A stretch of 63,395 nucleotides of DNA, counting the filler, from Chiloscyllium plagiosum (taxonomy: Eukaryota): the NCBI RefSeq assembly GCF_004010195.1. It is 5 parts of one record of this genome, joined end to end, with 100 filler letters (N's around TTAATTAATTAA, not from the genome) between each part and the next. Parts side by side here need not be neighbours in the genome. Positions count along the whole stretch, not along the records: positions 1 to 18,132 come from NC_057713.1; positions 18,233 to 43,450 come from NC_057713.1; 3 more parts are not named here. One strand, 5' to 3'. Below the pieces are notes generated by a model, which did no database searches, was not told the origin of the DNA, and saw nothing but the letters and a program-made list of their open reading frames with translations. The position numbers and the translations under genes are program-made. Of this stretch, positions 12,670-24,730 are shown in pieces. Positions within the stretch are counted from its first letter, which is position 1. Every line of letters begins with the position of its first letter.

Positions 12670-12806
12670 GGGCATGAGCTCTGAAGAAGGACTCATGCCC
12701 GAAACGTCGATTCTCCTGCTCCTTGGATGCTGCCTGACCTGCTGCGCTTTTCCAGCAACACATTTTCAGCTCTGATCTCCAGCATCTGCAGTCCTCACTT
12801 TCTCCT
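12670..12806 (+). mobile_element. PLE pLTR end with hammerhead (ACGU-loop family) and tail
   Basis: CUGAAGA A GGAC UCAU GCCC GAAA CGUC (12681-12708), then GATTCTCCTGCTCCTTGGATGCTGCC...CTCACTTTCTCCT. Confidence 0.85.
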
Positions 12807-13064
12807 ATTATCTTCAATGCTCCCAACAATGTCAAAGCCACAGATTCAGTTACAGCTCATTGCACAATATGGAACGTTGTTTTCTCTAAAAGGTTCAGGA
12901 GTTGACAGTGAGTGTTCCTGTCTTTCATGGGTTCTGCTCTATTGCCTGTGATTGTATGCCTTTCATTCTACAGGGGTTGGGAAGAATGTTGCTAAGTACC
13001 CAATTTCATTGCATCTGGGGAGGTGCCTGCAAGAACTGAATAACTCTGGAGGTATGGATCAAAA

Positions 13065-13379
13065 TAGAATTCTTACAGTGTAGAAACAGGCCCTATGGCC
13101 CATCAAGTCCACACCAACCCTCAGAGTATCCCAGCCCATTCCCCATTATTGTGCAATTAGCCCTAACTAATGCACTTAACCTACACATCCCTGCATGGCC
13201 AATTCACCTAACCTGCACATCTTTGGATTGTGGAAGGAAACCATAGCACCCAGGAGGAAACACACACAGACATGGGGAGAATGTGCAAACTCCACACAGA
13301 CACTCACCCAAGGGGAGAATCGAACCTGGGTCCTGGCACTGTGAGGCAGGGGTGCTAACCACTGAGCCACCGTGCCACC
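13065..13379 (-). mobile_element. tRNA-derived SINE, HE1/V-SINE type
   Basis: Minus GGTGGCACGGTGGCTCAGTGGTTAGCACC (A box) ... GGTTCGATTC (B box), V-domain; homologous to 2108-2427. Confidence 0.9.
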
Positions 13380-13551
13380 AAATTAATAGTTTTCACTTGC
13401 CGATATGTATGTCCTTGCCTGACAATTATTTTTGAAAGCAAACTGAATTGGCTAGTTTGGCCACCATCTAAGTGTGTAAAAGTGATCCTTACGTTTGAAG
13501 TAATTAATATGTAAGACAGCATGGTAAAAATGCACCGAGCAATGGGTGTCA

Positions 13552-13911
13552 GACATAGAACATAGAACATAGAAAAGTACAGGACAGAACAGGCCCTTAG
13601 GCCCACAATGTTGTGCCGAGGTTTAATCCTAATTTAAAATATAATAACTTAACCTACGCACCCCTCAACTCACTGCTATCCATGTGCATGTCCAGCAGTC
13701 ACTTAAATGTCCCCAATGACTCTGCTTCCACCATCACAGCTGGCAACGCATTCCATGCATTCACAATTCTCTGCGTAAAAAACCTAGCTCTAATGTCTCC
13801 TCCATACCTTTCTCCTAATATCTTAAAACTATGACCCCTCGTACAAGTCAATCCTGCCCTGGGGAAAAGTCTCTGGCTACTGACTCTATCTCTTCCTCTC
13901 ATTATCTTGTA
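13552..13911 (-). mobile_element. CR1 LINE 3' fragment with (TTCTATG)n tail
   Basis: ORF 13699..13902 MRGRDRVSSQRLFPRAG...TRGHSFKILGERYGGDIRARFFTQRIVNAWNALP; CATAGAA repeats. Confidence 0.88.
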
Positions 13912-14806
13912 TGTTGTGGTTCTGTTCGCCGAGCTGGAAGTTTTTGTTGCAAACGTTTCGTCCCCTGGCTAGGCGACATCATCAGTGCTTGGGAGCCTCC
14001 TGCGAAGCGCTTCTTTGATGTTTCCTCCGGAGTTTATAGTGGGTATTAGTTTTGCTCATGTTGGGTATCGGGTCCTTCGTTCTGGTGAGTTGTTGTCTGA
14101 GCGTGGCTGTTGGTTTGTGTGCCGTTATGAGTCCTAGGGGTTGCAGTAGTCTGGCTGTCAGTTCCGAGATGCTCGTGATGTATGGTAGTGTGGCTAGTCC
14201 TTTTTGTTGTGGTATGTCCTCGTTCCGTGGTCTTTCTCTTAGGCATCTGTTGGTGGAGTTGCGCGGGTATCTGTTTTTGGCGAATACCTTGTATAGGTGT
14301 TCCTGTTCTTCTTTTTGCATTTCTGGTGTACTGCAGTGTGTTGTGGCCCTTTTGAATAGTGTCCTGATGCAGCTTTGTTTGTGTGTGTTGGGGTGGTTAC
14401 TTTCATAGTTTAGGACTTGGTCTGTTGTGTGGCTTTCCTGTATACCCTTGTAGTGAATTCTCTGTTCGGTGTTCTCTGTACCATCACGTCTAGGAATGGG
14501 AGTTGGCTATCCTTTTCTTCTTCTCTCGTGAGTCGGATTCCTGTGAGTGTGGCGTTGGTGATCCGGTGTGTTTTTTCTATTTCTGTGTTTTTAATGATTA
14601 CAAACGTGTCATCGACATATCTGATCCAGAGTTTGGGTTGAATTTGTGGTAGGACTGTTTGTTCTAACCTTTGCATAACTGCCTCTGCTATGAGTCCCGA
14701 GATTGGTGATCCCATGGGTGTTCCGTTGATTTGTTCGTATATCTGGTTGTTGAATGTGAAGTGTGTTGTGAGGCACAAGTCCAGTAGTTTAAGTATGCCG
14801 TCTTTT
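13912..14806 (-). mobile_element. Penelope-like element: RT/thumb fragment with internal deletion of GIY-YIG, followed by pLTR
   Basis: ORFs 14410..14841 (YEQINGTPMGSPISG...WIRYVDDTF...LPFLDV...VYRK) and 13982..14320 (LPY...HKPTATLRQQL); jumps from ...SKTN directly to the terminal repeat. Confidence 0.92.
13949..13988 (-). ncRNA. Minimal type-I hammerhead ribozyme, core intact
   Basis: GCA CUGAUGA U GUCGCC UAGCCA GGGGAC GAAA CGUU UGC: stem I GCA/UGC, stem II with one mismatch, ACGU palindrome, GUU triplet. Confidence 0.8.
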
Positions 14807-14829
14807 AAGTATACCTGTTTGACTGGCAC

Positions 14830-15155
14830 CAAATTTAACAATCACTCCCTTCATCCCTAATACAGAGTAGCAGGACTATGTAGCATCTATAAAAGCTGCA
14901 CTGCAGAAACTTACCAAAGTTCCTATGATCGAATCTTTCAAGTCCATGAGCTCTCTCACTAGAAAGACAAGGGAACCGTCTTCAAGTTTCCCTCCAAGCC
15001 ACTCGCCATTCTGGCTTAGAAATCTATCATTTTTCTTTCCGTGTCCCTGGATCAAAATCCTGGAATTTCCTCCCGAAGGGGATTATGAGATACCTAAAGT
15101 AGACAGACTGCAGCAGTTCAAGAAGATAGCCCACCACCTTCTCAAACGCACATAA
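14830..15155 (+). mobile_element. Older CR1/L2-group LINE 3' end
   Basis: Contains GACTGCAGCAGTTCAAGAAGATAGCCCACCACCTTCTCAA; reverse-complement homologue of 3238-4245. Confidence 0.6.
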
Positions 15156-16119
15156 GGTGCATGATATTTCAATTATTTCCTAATTAATGACACAATTAAT
15201 GACGTATGAGTGACAATTCTCAGACCAGAAGGATATGTATGAATAAAGTTTATACATTCCTTCAGCCTGTTTTAAAGAGCATCCCCATTCACCAAAGCTG
15301 GCAATTATTTTAATTGTGTGTTGATGTTAGAAGTGCCTAAAGACATTGAGTGCATAGCTGATGTCACTCAACATTTCCATAATACTGACCACCCATACAG
15401 AGTTACACAATCTCTTGTAGCTCTATCACCAGATCTTGCAGCCTAGATTTAGGCAAGTGCCTTCCTTGGTCACCTGTTTCCACTCACTACAAATGGTGAC
15501 ACTTGAGGACCTTCTAGACTCTTGGGTGAACATGCTGTCTGTTCTCCTGTCTAGCTTTACCATCATTGTCTCTTGCTCAACAATTGAGTTTTCTCTCTTG
15601 CTTGTGCTGGATTTATTATGCTCTTCTGCCCACCAATGCTTCCCAGAAATGATGCATCGACTCCAATTGCATGACAGCAGTTTCCATTTTAAAAAAGTGA
15701 GTTGCTTTTAAGAGGTGAAGACTCACTTAAACATGTGGTAAGCACACAAGTTGCTGGATATGCCACTGAGCAATCAGTGCTGCAGCAGTACTATCATTCT
15801 AGTAGTAAGTGGGAAACCCAGGTCAATGTTCTGGGGACCTGCGGTCAAATTCTGTCTTGGATCTGAATCACAATTAATGAAATTTGAAATCTTCTCAGTA
15901 ATGGTGATCAAAAAGACATAACTGATTATTGCAGTAACTTGGTTGGTTCACTGCTGTGGTCTAAGGAATCTTGTCTGGCCTACATATGACTCTAAATCTG
16001 CAGCAATATCAGGGTTGACCCTACGTAGCCTGCTGAAGTGGCTGAAGCTTCTCAGTTCAAGGGCTACATCCCATAAAAAAAACTTTTTAAAGATGGTGTT
16101 GAAATTGTTCAGAAAGAGA

Positions 16120-17075
16120 TCAATCTGAGACTGGTACAGTTGAGAAAAGAAGCGAGGCAAACAGTCAGGGCAGGCAGAGACAAAACAGAGAACAAGGTAG
16201 GACTGATAAATTAAACTGCATTTATTTCAAAGTAAGGGGCCTGACAGGGAAGGCAGATAAACTTAGGGCATGGTGAAGAACATGGGACTGGGATATCATA
16301 GCAATTACAGAAACATGGCTCAGGGATGGACAGGACTGGCAGCTTAATGTTCCAGGATACAAATGCTACAGGAAGGACAGAAGGACAGAAAGGGAGGCAA
16401 GAGAGGAGATGGAGTGCGCTTTTGATAAGGGATAGCATTACAGCTGTACTGAGAGAGGATATTCCTGGAACTTATTAGGGTTGAACTGAGAAATATGAAA
16501 GGGATGATCACTTTGTTGGGATTGTATGATAAGACTCGCTAATAGTCAGAGGGAAATTGAGTAACAAATTTGAAAGGAGATCTCAATGATCTGTAAGAAT
16601 AATAAGGTGGTTATGGTAGGGGATATTAACTTTCCAAACACAGACTGGGACTGCCATTGTGTAAGGGGTTTAGATGGAGAGGAATTTGTTAAGTGTGTAC
16701 AAGGAAAGTTTCTGATTCAGTATGTAGATGTATCTATGAGACAAGGCAGGGCAGGTGACTGAGATGTCAGTGGGGGAGCACTTTGGGGTCAGAGATCATA
16801 ATTATATTAGTTATAAAATAGTGATGGAAAAAGATAGACCAGATCTAAAAGTTGAAGTCCTAAATTGGAGAAAGGCCAATTTTGATGGTATGAGGCAAGA
16901 ACTTTCAAAAACTGATTGAGGCAGATGTTTGCAGGTAAAGGGACACCTGGAAAATGGGAAACCTTCAGAAATGAAATAATGAGAGTCCAGAGACAGGGTT
17001 AGGGTGAAAGAAAAGAAAATGCTGGATGACTAAAGAAATTGTGGATTTGGTTAAGAAAAAGAAGGAAGCACATTT
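16120..17075 (+). mobile_element. CR1 LINE ORF2 endonuclease region, degraded
   Basis: Translates LNCIYFKVRGLTGKADKL...DIIAITETWL...PGYKCYRKDR...MVGDINFP...FGVRDHN, with stops and frameshifts. Confidence 0.85.
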
Positions 17076-18132
17076 AAAGAGAGCTTAAGGGTTACTGGGG
17101 ATTATATCTGCCAGAAATGCTGGTGGATGTGAATCTTATCAGATCGAGTGGATCGGTTGGAGAGACAGATAGAACCGATGAGGAATTTGCAACAGCAACA
17201 GTATGTGATGGATGGCAATTATAGGAAAGGGGGAATGTCTCAGATACAGTCACATAGATGGGTTAACTCCAGGAAGGGTGAGAGAGGTAGGCTCCTAGGG
17301 CAGGAGTCTTTTGTGGGTATACCCATTTCAAACAGGTATGCTGTTTTGGAAAATGTACAGGGTGATGGATGCTCAGAGGAACGTAGCACGAAGAGCCAAG
17401 TTTCTGGTATTTAGACTGGCTCTAATGCAACGAGGGGCATGTCGGCTTCCAAGAGATCAATTGTGTTCGTGGATTCTGTAGTCCAAGGTACAGACAGATG
17501 TTTTTGTGGCCAGCAGAGAAAAAACAGAATGGTGTGTTGTTTCTCTGGTGCCAGGATCAAGGATGTCTCAGAGAGGGTTCAGAATGTTCTCACGGGGGAG
17601 AGGGGCCAGCGATCAATTGTGTTCGTGGATTCTGTAGTCCAAGGTACAGACAGATGTTTTTGTGGCCAGCAGAGAAAAAACAGAATGGTGTGTTGTTTCT
17701 CTGGTGCCAGGATCAAGGATGTCTCAGAGAGGGTTCAGAATGTTCTCACGGGGGAGAGGGGCCAGCAGGAGGTCATTGTCCACATTGGAACCAATGATAT
17801 AGGAAGGGAAAAGGTTGAGATTTTGAAGGGAGATTACAGAGAGTTAGGCAGAAATTTAAAAAGGAGGTCCTCAAGGGTAGTAATATCTGGATTACTCACA
17901 GTGCTACGAGCTAGTGAGGGCAGGAATAGGAGGATAGAGCAGATGAATGCATGGCTGAGGAGCTGGTGTATGGGAGAAGGATTCACATTTTTGGATCATT
18001 GGAATCTCTTTTGGGGTAGAAGTGACCTGTACAAGAGGGACAGATTGCACCTAACTTGGAAGAGGACCAATATACTGGCAGGGAAATTTGCTAGAACTGC
18101 TTGAGAGGATTTAAACTAGTAAGGTGGGGGGG
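17076..18132 (+). mobile_element. CR1 LINE ORF1 (coiled-coil/linker + SGNH esterase), ends at assembly gap
   Basis: ORF 17148..17414 (IPISNRYAVLE) and ORF 17439..18104 (VFVDSVV, CFSGARIKDV, VIVHIGTNDIG, DRLHL). Confidence 0.88.
17455..17766 (+). repeat. Perfect 156-bp (52-codon) tandem duplication within CR1 ORF1
   Basis: GATCAATTGTG...GGGGCCAGC at 17455-17610 and 17611-17766; appears as a duplicated peptide in the ORF track. Confidence 0.95.
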
Positions 18133-18232
18133 NNNNNNNNNNNNNNNNNNNNNNNNNNNNNNNNNNNNNNNNNNNNTTAATTAATTAANNNNNNNNNNNN
18201 NNNNNNNNNNNNNNNNNNNNNNNNNNNNNNNN
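18133..18232. other. Assembly spacer 44N-TTAATTAATTAA-44N
   Basis: Identical 100-nt construct at four places; the core has stops in all six frames. Confidence 0.97.
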
Positions 18233-19010
18233 TTATGAGGGGCATGGATAGGGTAAATAGGCAAAGTCTTTTCCCTGGGGTCGGGGAGTCCAGAACTAGA
18301 GGGCATAGGTTTATAGTGAGAGGGGAAAGATATAAAAGAGACCTAAGGGGCAACATTTTCACACAGAGAGTGGTACGTGTATGGAATGAGCTGCCAGAGA
18401 AAGTGGTGGAGGCTGGTACAATTGCAACATTTAAGAGGCATTTGGATGGGTATCTGAATAGGAAGGGTTTGGAGGGATATGGGCCGGTTGCTGGCAGGTG
18501 GGACTAGATTAGTTTGGTATATCTGGTTGGCATGGACAGGTTGGACCGAAGCATCTGTTTCCATGCTGTACCTCTCTGTGACTCTATGGCTCTAAGATAG
18601 GGCTATCTTCCCTGGAGCGTTGGTGGCTGAGGGATGACTGTTAAATGTTTATAAAATCATGAGGAGCCTGGATAGGGTAAATAGACAAGGTATTTTCCCT
18701 GGGGTGGGGGAGTCCAGAACTAGAGGGCATAGGTTCACAGTGAGAGGAAAAAGGTGTAAAAGAGTTGCAACCTTTTCACTCGGAGGGTGGTGTGTATGGA
18801 ATGAGCTGCCAGAGGAAGTGGTAGAGACTGATACAATTACAGCATTAAAAAGCATTTGGATGGATGTATGATTATGAAGGATTGGGAGGGATATGGGCCA
18901 GGTGCTGGCAAATGGGCCGAGATTAGGTAGGGATATCTGGACGAAGGATATCATGGACGAATTGGACTGAAGGGTCTGTTTCCGTCCTGTAACTCTCTAT
19001 GACTCTATGA
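18233..19010 (+). mobile_element. Two consecutive CR1 LINE 3' ends
   Basis: ORFs 18235..18507 and 18659..18871 (MRGMDRVNRQSLFPGVGESRTRGH...WNELP); each ends in GACTCTAT-type tails (near 18580 and 19000). Confidence 0.9.
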
Positions 19011-19637
19011 CCCAGTGTACCCCCATTCTCCAGCCTACCGAAAGGCATGTCAGGATACAGCAGTGACCAGAGCAGCTTGGTGCCCAACCAGAGAGAGAAT
19101 CAACTCATGAAGAGAGGAACAAACTGAAAAAATTGACAGACCAGCAAAAGTTATGAGTATCTGGGAATTATTTGAAGTTTTTGATGAATTGGACATTTAG
19201 AAATAGAGTTGTTAAAAATACAAAGTTTAACTCCCAGCCTTTGCTGTATTGCAACCAGATTCATTGACTGCAGACTTGTACTGTGTGGTCCTTTACTGAT
19301 ATGTGCTAAGGTGCCTGGGGAGGAGTCTGCAGCATCTTAGAGACACCCTCTTTCAGTCAACAGAGGTGATCTTATATTCCAAAATTGCTGAAAGTAGCAA
19401 ACCTGCCACAGTTAAAGTACTGGATTGCCCTGATAAGTAACAATGGACTTATCCCATTTTCAATGAATCTCTGAATTCCAAAATGGACTGTGGTTAAAAT
19501 ATGCATAAATGTTAATTTCAATGTGTAAATCTGTTCTTCTCTGCATTGTCGATGTGATATTAATCTAAGGCCCTGCCTTCCCTCTCAGGTAAATGTCAGT
19601 GTTTCCATGTCACCAACTCAAAGACAAAGATAATCAG

Positions 19638-20568
19638 CTCACCAAAGAGGAAGAGAACAACAACGGGCTCCCCTTCTTGGATGTCACATTAGAACAAAAA
19701 GCCAATGGAGAGCTGCAGACCAGCGTTTACAGAAAAACCACACACACTGACCAAATACTCAACTACAGGTGCAACCATCCCAATACTCACAAATGGAACA
19801 AATGCATCACGGCATTATTTAACTAAGCCACAACTCACTGCAGCACCCAGCAACAATGAGCAGCTGAGAAAAAAAACACTTATCCAATATATTCAGGAAC
19901 AATGGTTACCCAATAAATGCAGACTGCTAATTCCTGCACAACAGACTTAGACAGGAAGACACAGCATGCCCAGAGACTATAGCCACCCTCCCGTCTATCA
20001 AAGACATTTCTAGAAATGATGACCAAACTATTCCAGCCCTGAGGCATTATGGTAGCCCACAAACCTACCACCACACTGAAACAGCTCCTGATGAATTTAA
20101 AGTACCCCATACCCACAGACAGCAGAATGAACAAAATACCCTGCAAGGACTGCAACAAACACTACATAGCACAAAAGGGTAGGATGCTAGCCACTAGGAT
20201 ACTTGAACAACAACTAGCCAACAAAAGACATGACCAACTATCATGAGTATTGACACACACGCAAAGAGGAACACCAGTTCGAATGGGACAATACATCCAT
20301 CTTGGGACAAGCTAAACAAAGACACGCACAGAAATTCCTATAGGCCTGGCATTCAAACCAGAACCCCATTAACACACATATCGATTTGGACCCCATTTAC
20401 CAACTCTCAGAAACAGAACCAGAAAAGTTATCACTCACCACAACAGACCAAGACAGATAAATAGCAAGCAGGACAGAACACCAGTGCTTCCCCCGAGGCT
20501 GTCAGATGATGTTACCTACATGGCGATGAAACATCTAAGAACAAACTCACCAGCTCAATGAGCAACAT
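19638..20568 (+). mobile_element. Penelope-like element 3' part (RT thumb, GIY-YIG remnant, pLTR with degenerate hammerhead)
   Basis: KEEENNNGLPFLDV...VYRKTTHTDQILNY; KIPCKDCNKHYIAQKGRMLATRILEQ; CAGAUGA U GUUACC UACAU GGCGAU GAAA CAUC at about 20503-20535. Confidence 0.88.
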
Positions 20569-22247
20569 ATGACCTGATTCTGCACAATATTCTTTCCTCA
20601 ACTGCACCTAAAATCATATTATTTGGTGACTGTTTGTGGCAACTTGCTTTGTCAAAGCTTGCTGCTGAGCTCCTAGATTGCAGCAGTGTCTGCAGTTTAC
20701 AAGTACTTAATAATCTGCAAAATCTTGTGATCTTGAAAATTGCTAAATATGGAAACTTTTGGGTTATCAGCTATAGCAAGATGTGTGGCAAAATCAGGTA
20801 AGAAATTCAGTAATGCCCATCTCGACATATGGAGCAATTCATGCCTTCTTTCATGCTTTGCACAATTAGGATGGCATGATTCTCTGTAGGCATGTAGGCC
20901 CCTCATGAATTGCCATTTAAGGGGGATTAATGTTTGTTAAATGACTTGTTGATGGCCAATTGCACATCATTAGTATTCATTTTACAATATTTCCAAATTT
21001 GCCAACAAGCTAGAAAGCAAAAATCTTAACATGGAAACCAGAGGTATTCACCTCACCACTTGATCAAAGTGACCTTCATGTTAAACTTGCAAACTTGAGG
21101 ACGATCCAAAGGCACCAGCCACACATATCATACATCCTCAGACATTGGCATCTGGCATTTGTCAATTCCTCACATCCATTGTGTACCTCCCCAATACATT
21201 GGCAGGGATTCTGGAAGCACAGATATGTGTCTTTATGGGCCAAATGTGCAAGGATCTTATTGCCAGATGTAAGTCAATCTTCCTTGGTGTGAACTTCCAA
21301 TGGTTGGTGGGGGTGTGTGAGTACACTTGGAGGACCCTAATAACTTTGGAGTGTCCTGAGGGGAGACTACTGAAGTGACTCTGTGTGGTTTCTCCTCTGG
21401 TTGGATTCTTCCCGGCACCTCCCTCTCTCCTGATGAGGTAGGGTCCTCTGGAATGAGGGCCAGGTTCTCCATCCATGGTAACTATGCCTTCAGTGCTGAG
21501 GACAAATGACTGGAGCAATGGAATGTTGGTGTGTGCTGCTGAGTAGCAAACTCTGGAGACGCTGAGCCTGACTCTGTAGTGGAGTCATCAGCCTGTCTTA
21601 GTAATCTCATCTTCAGAGGTAGCATCTGGGGAAGCTGGCCATTTCACTGCAGTTGTGCTGGTGTATGGTGGAGATGCTGGTTGTTCCTGCAAGACGGCAG
21701 TGAGAGAGAGAGGAGGTGTCATGGCCTGTGGTTAGAATTGGTTTACAATGAATGAGACTGACAATGGGGTTAATGTAAACAGTGGCACTTACACAGTTGG
21801 CAGGACATGGATGGCTTTGCATTCCCATTGGAGCAGTCCCAGTCTCCTCCTGCCAGGCACAGTAGTCCCTCCTTCTATGGGATGAGAAGCCTAATAGTGA
21901 GCACTGGTTCACTTATCCTTGTTCTTTCTGCCGTGTTAGCGGACTGCGTTACCTTCTGATGTAATTGGAGAAAGGGAGGACTGAGTGAGGTGAAAGTGGG
22001 TGGAGTGGCTGTTATTGCTGGTGGAGGTGGGCCAAAGTTGGTGAGGTACTCTGAGAGGGTGAGGAGGCAGTGCAGAGGGCACTCAGGGTTAGGTGGTGTC
22101 AGGAGTCAGGTGAGGGAGAAGTCATGGGTGAAAATGTTGCAGTCAATATTGAGAGTGGTAAAGCATGGACCTTGGGTGGAAGTGGATACAGCAACAGAAT
22201 TAGAGTGTGAATGTGGGGAATGACATAGAAAAGAGTGTGGCACCCAC

Positions 22248-22474
22248 CCTACTGCAATGGAGAAGTTAATTGACCTTCTGACTGCACTGCTGGCCATTCC
22301 TCTGCCCTGTAGAGATGGCACTGACCTGCCTGGTGACCTGCGACCAGGTGCCATGGACTGATGGAATTGCCTCCTCTATCTGTACTCCAGGCAGAAAATG
22401 GTCTTGCTTTGCATGGCCCCCTTGACTGGGTCAATGCCTGAGATTCAAAATGCCATCTTCCCCTTCTCCGGCAT
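22248..22474 (-). pseudogene. Degraded Myb/SANT-like DNA-binding exon of a PIF/Harbinger-type transposon
   Basis: Manual minus translation MPEKGKMAF*...(frameshift)TWSQVTRQVSAISTGQRNGQQCSQKVN*LLHCSR followed by a GT donor; fits the W..V...VSA.S...R...QC.KK.NDL trihelix pattern. Confidence 0.6.
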
Positions 22475-22715
22475 GTTTAGATTGTGTCTGTCAATGTGCA
22501 GGGAAGCTTCAGAATGCCAGTACTCATCTGGATGCACAGTGACCTTTTAAAGATGGCACAGAAACAAGGCATGCCAGTCTTTTGGCAGATATTAGGTGAG
22601 TGGCAAACATATCTGGGAATGGCATGTGATAACATGGGACTGGTATCAGACACAATGGATACCATAGGAGCAGGGTACGTAGTTAATGAGGCGGGCTTGA
22701 TAAGAAATGCGAGAA

Positions 22716-22945
22716 CTGGAAATGTGTTGCTGGAAAAGGGCAGCAGGTCAGGCAGCATCCAGGGAACAGGAGAATCGACGTTTCGGGCATAAGCCCTTTT
22801 TCAGGAATTCAGGATTCCTGAAGAAGGGCTTATGCCAGAAACGTCGATTCTCCTGTTCCCTGGATGCTGCCTGACCTGCTGCGCTTTTCCAGCAACACAT
22901 TTCCAGCTCTGATCTCCAGCATCTGCAGACCTCACTTTCTCCTCA
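22716..22945. mobile_element. Fold-back PLE mini-element (two opposed hammerhead motifs + tail), 14-bp TSD
   Basis: TSD AAGAAATGCGAGAA at 22702-22715 and 22946-22959; inverted arms about 95 bp; plus-strand core CUGAAGA...GAAACGUC at 22818-22845. Confidence 0.92.
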
Positions 22946-24639
22946 AAGAAATGCGAGAATACTTATTAGGCTTTACAGTAAAATTCACTCCAAAACACTC
23001 AACCCAGCTTGAACTTAGACAAAAGAAAACAAAAGATTCAGCCCAAAACCCCACATATCTTTCTTCCTTTACATGAGTACAGTTGTCTTGGTGATTAAGA
23101 TTGAATGAAATACACAGTGTTCTGATGAATTGTATAAGTAGCAGGATGCTGCACATAGCTCGGAACACAATGTTGTACCTTGTGTCCTTTATCCATTTGA
23201 GTCTTACCTAATTATCAACAATGAATGCTCCTTTTAAAAAAGGTTGTAAAACCAATGTCAGCAAGCACAGTCAGTTCTCACTTGCACAAAATGCTTCTCG
23301 TTTGCCAAGTTCCAAGATGTGAAAATAAAAAATGAATGAGTTTTTAATAGCTCTGAATTTTTAAAAAAATCTTCATTTTCTCATCTTCAAACACAGAACT
23401 TTGGTCCATTATTAATGCAAAATGGAGTGAAATACTATGTCAAAACAGTGGGAGAAGCAACTTCCATTGTTATAATTGTAGGGAAAAAAAGAACAATGCT
23501 TGCTTGCTGCAGATAACTTTATTTGGTAAAATCAAATTATGAAAATTCTTGTCACCAACACCACCACATCCCTCCACCCACCCACTCTTCCAGAAGCAAA
23601 AATGCTATGGTGGTTACTGACTGGATTAATTTTGGTATTTTCAGACTCATTCCTGTTCACCCAAAATAATGTTTATGGACCCAGCTGACTACGGGCACCA
23701 AACATCTTTTTGGCAATTCAGCAATCTTTTGTGATTTTCTTTAGCCTTGTGTGCAGGAGCTGTCTCTATTTAATGGCAAAGGAAAATCAACTCTTGCCCC
23801 TGCTAAAGAAAGCGTTGTCATGTATTCAATAAGTCTGAACACAGCAATTTTTTGATTTGCTGTTTGGAATCCCAGACAGTGTAGGAAGAACTTGAATTTT
23901 TACAGGACTGTCCAAGATAATTCTACTCCCAAGTAATTAGGCGTGGCCTGCAAGTAGATGGCAAAGAAATGTGATTATCCTCCTGAAGAGCCTAAGCTCA
24001 CAAAGGCAATTGTTCTTTCTCATGGTCAAGGATTACAGATACAGTTGATGATATGATCAATTTTGACTGTATATGATATATGTTGCATTTTATCTCTGTT
24101 CTTCATTCTGTTCTTTGTGATCAATTATCTCAGTTAGCTCGATGCTGACAATGTTGTACAGAATAAAGACAACAGCATTGATTGTGTTCTGGTTGTGGTA
24201 ATTCACACAGATCTGTCTCCTCACCCAACCTCGTGCTTGTGGAGTGGTTAGCCTCAAGGTATACGGAACCAATTGTTTCTTTCCAATGGGAAGAGTATCA
24301 ATGGCTCCTTACCGTTAACCTGTTGCACTAAATTTAGTGTAGGAAGAGCACTTATATCAATTTCCATACTTTAGAACTAAAGCCAGCAAAAGAAAGGAAT
24401 AGTTTAGCTTTAGTAAATCTCTTCACATCAGATAAGGAACTAGTTAGCTGATCTTCAGTGTCCAGCACACTACAGTAGTTGAGGAATTTTATAAATTACC
24501 CCATAAACAACTAAACAATACAGTTTGAATATAAAATGATGCAGGCAGCAGATGACAGATCACCTTTTACAAAATACTGAGGAATGGAAACAGAGTAAAT
24601 TCCCAAAGTCTGGGATTTTTCTTTAACAAGCACATATAA

Positions 24640-24730
24640 AAATTGTTGGAAAAACTCAGCACATCTGGTAGCAGCTGTACAGAGAAATCAGAGTTGATGT
24701 TTCAAGTCTAGTGACGCTTCTTCAGAGCTG
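24640..24730 (-). mobile_element. Old PLE pLTR end with degenerate hammerhead
   Basis: Minus CUGAAGA A GCGUCACUAGACUU GAAA CAUC AACUCUG...; related remnants at about 25308-25390 and 33430-33530. Confidence 0.5.

Larger units (their letters stand above)
20780..22992 (-). mobile_element. Probable PIF/Harbinger DNA transposon relic (boundaries approximate)
   Basis: Block of raised GC containing the Myb/SANT exon; right end AGTAAAATTCACTCC resembles a G-rich TIR; left TIR not identified. Confidence 0.4.
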
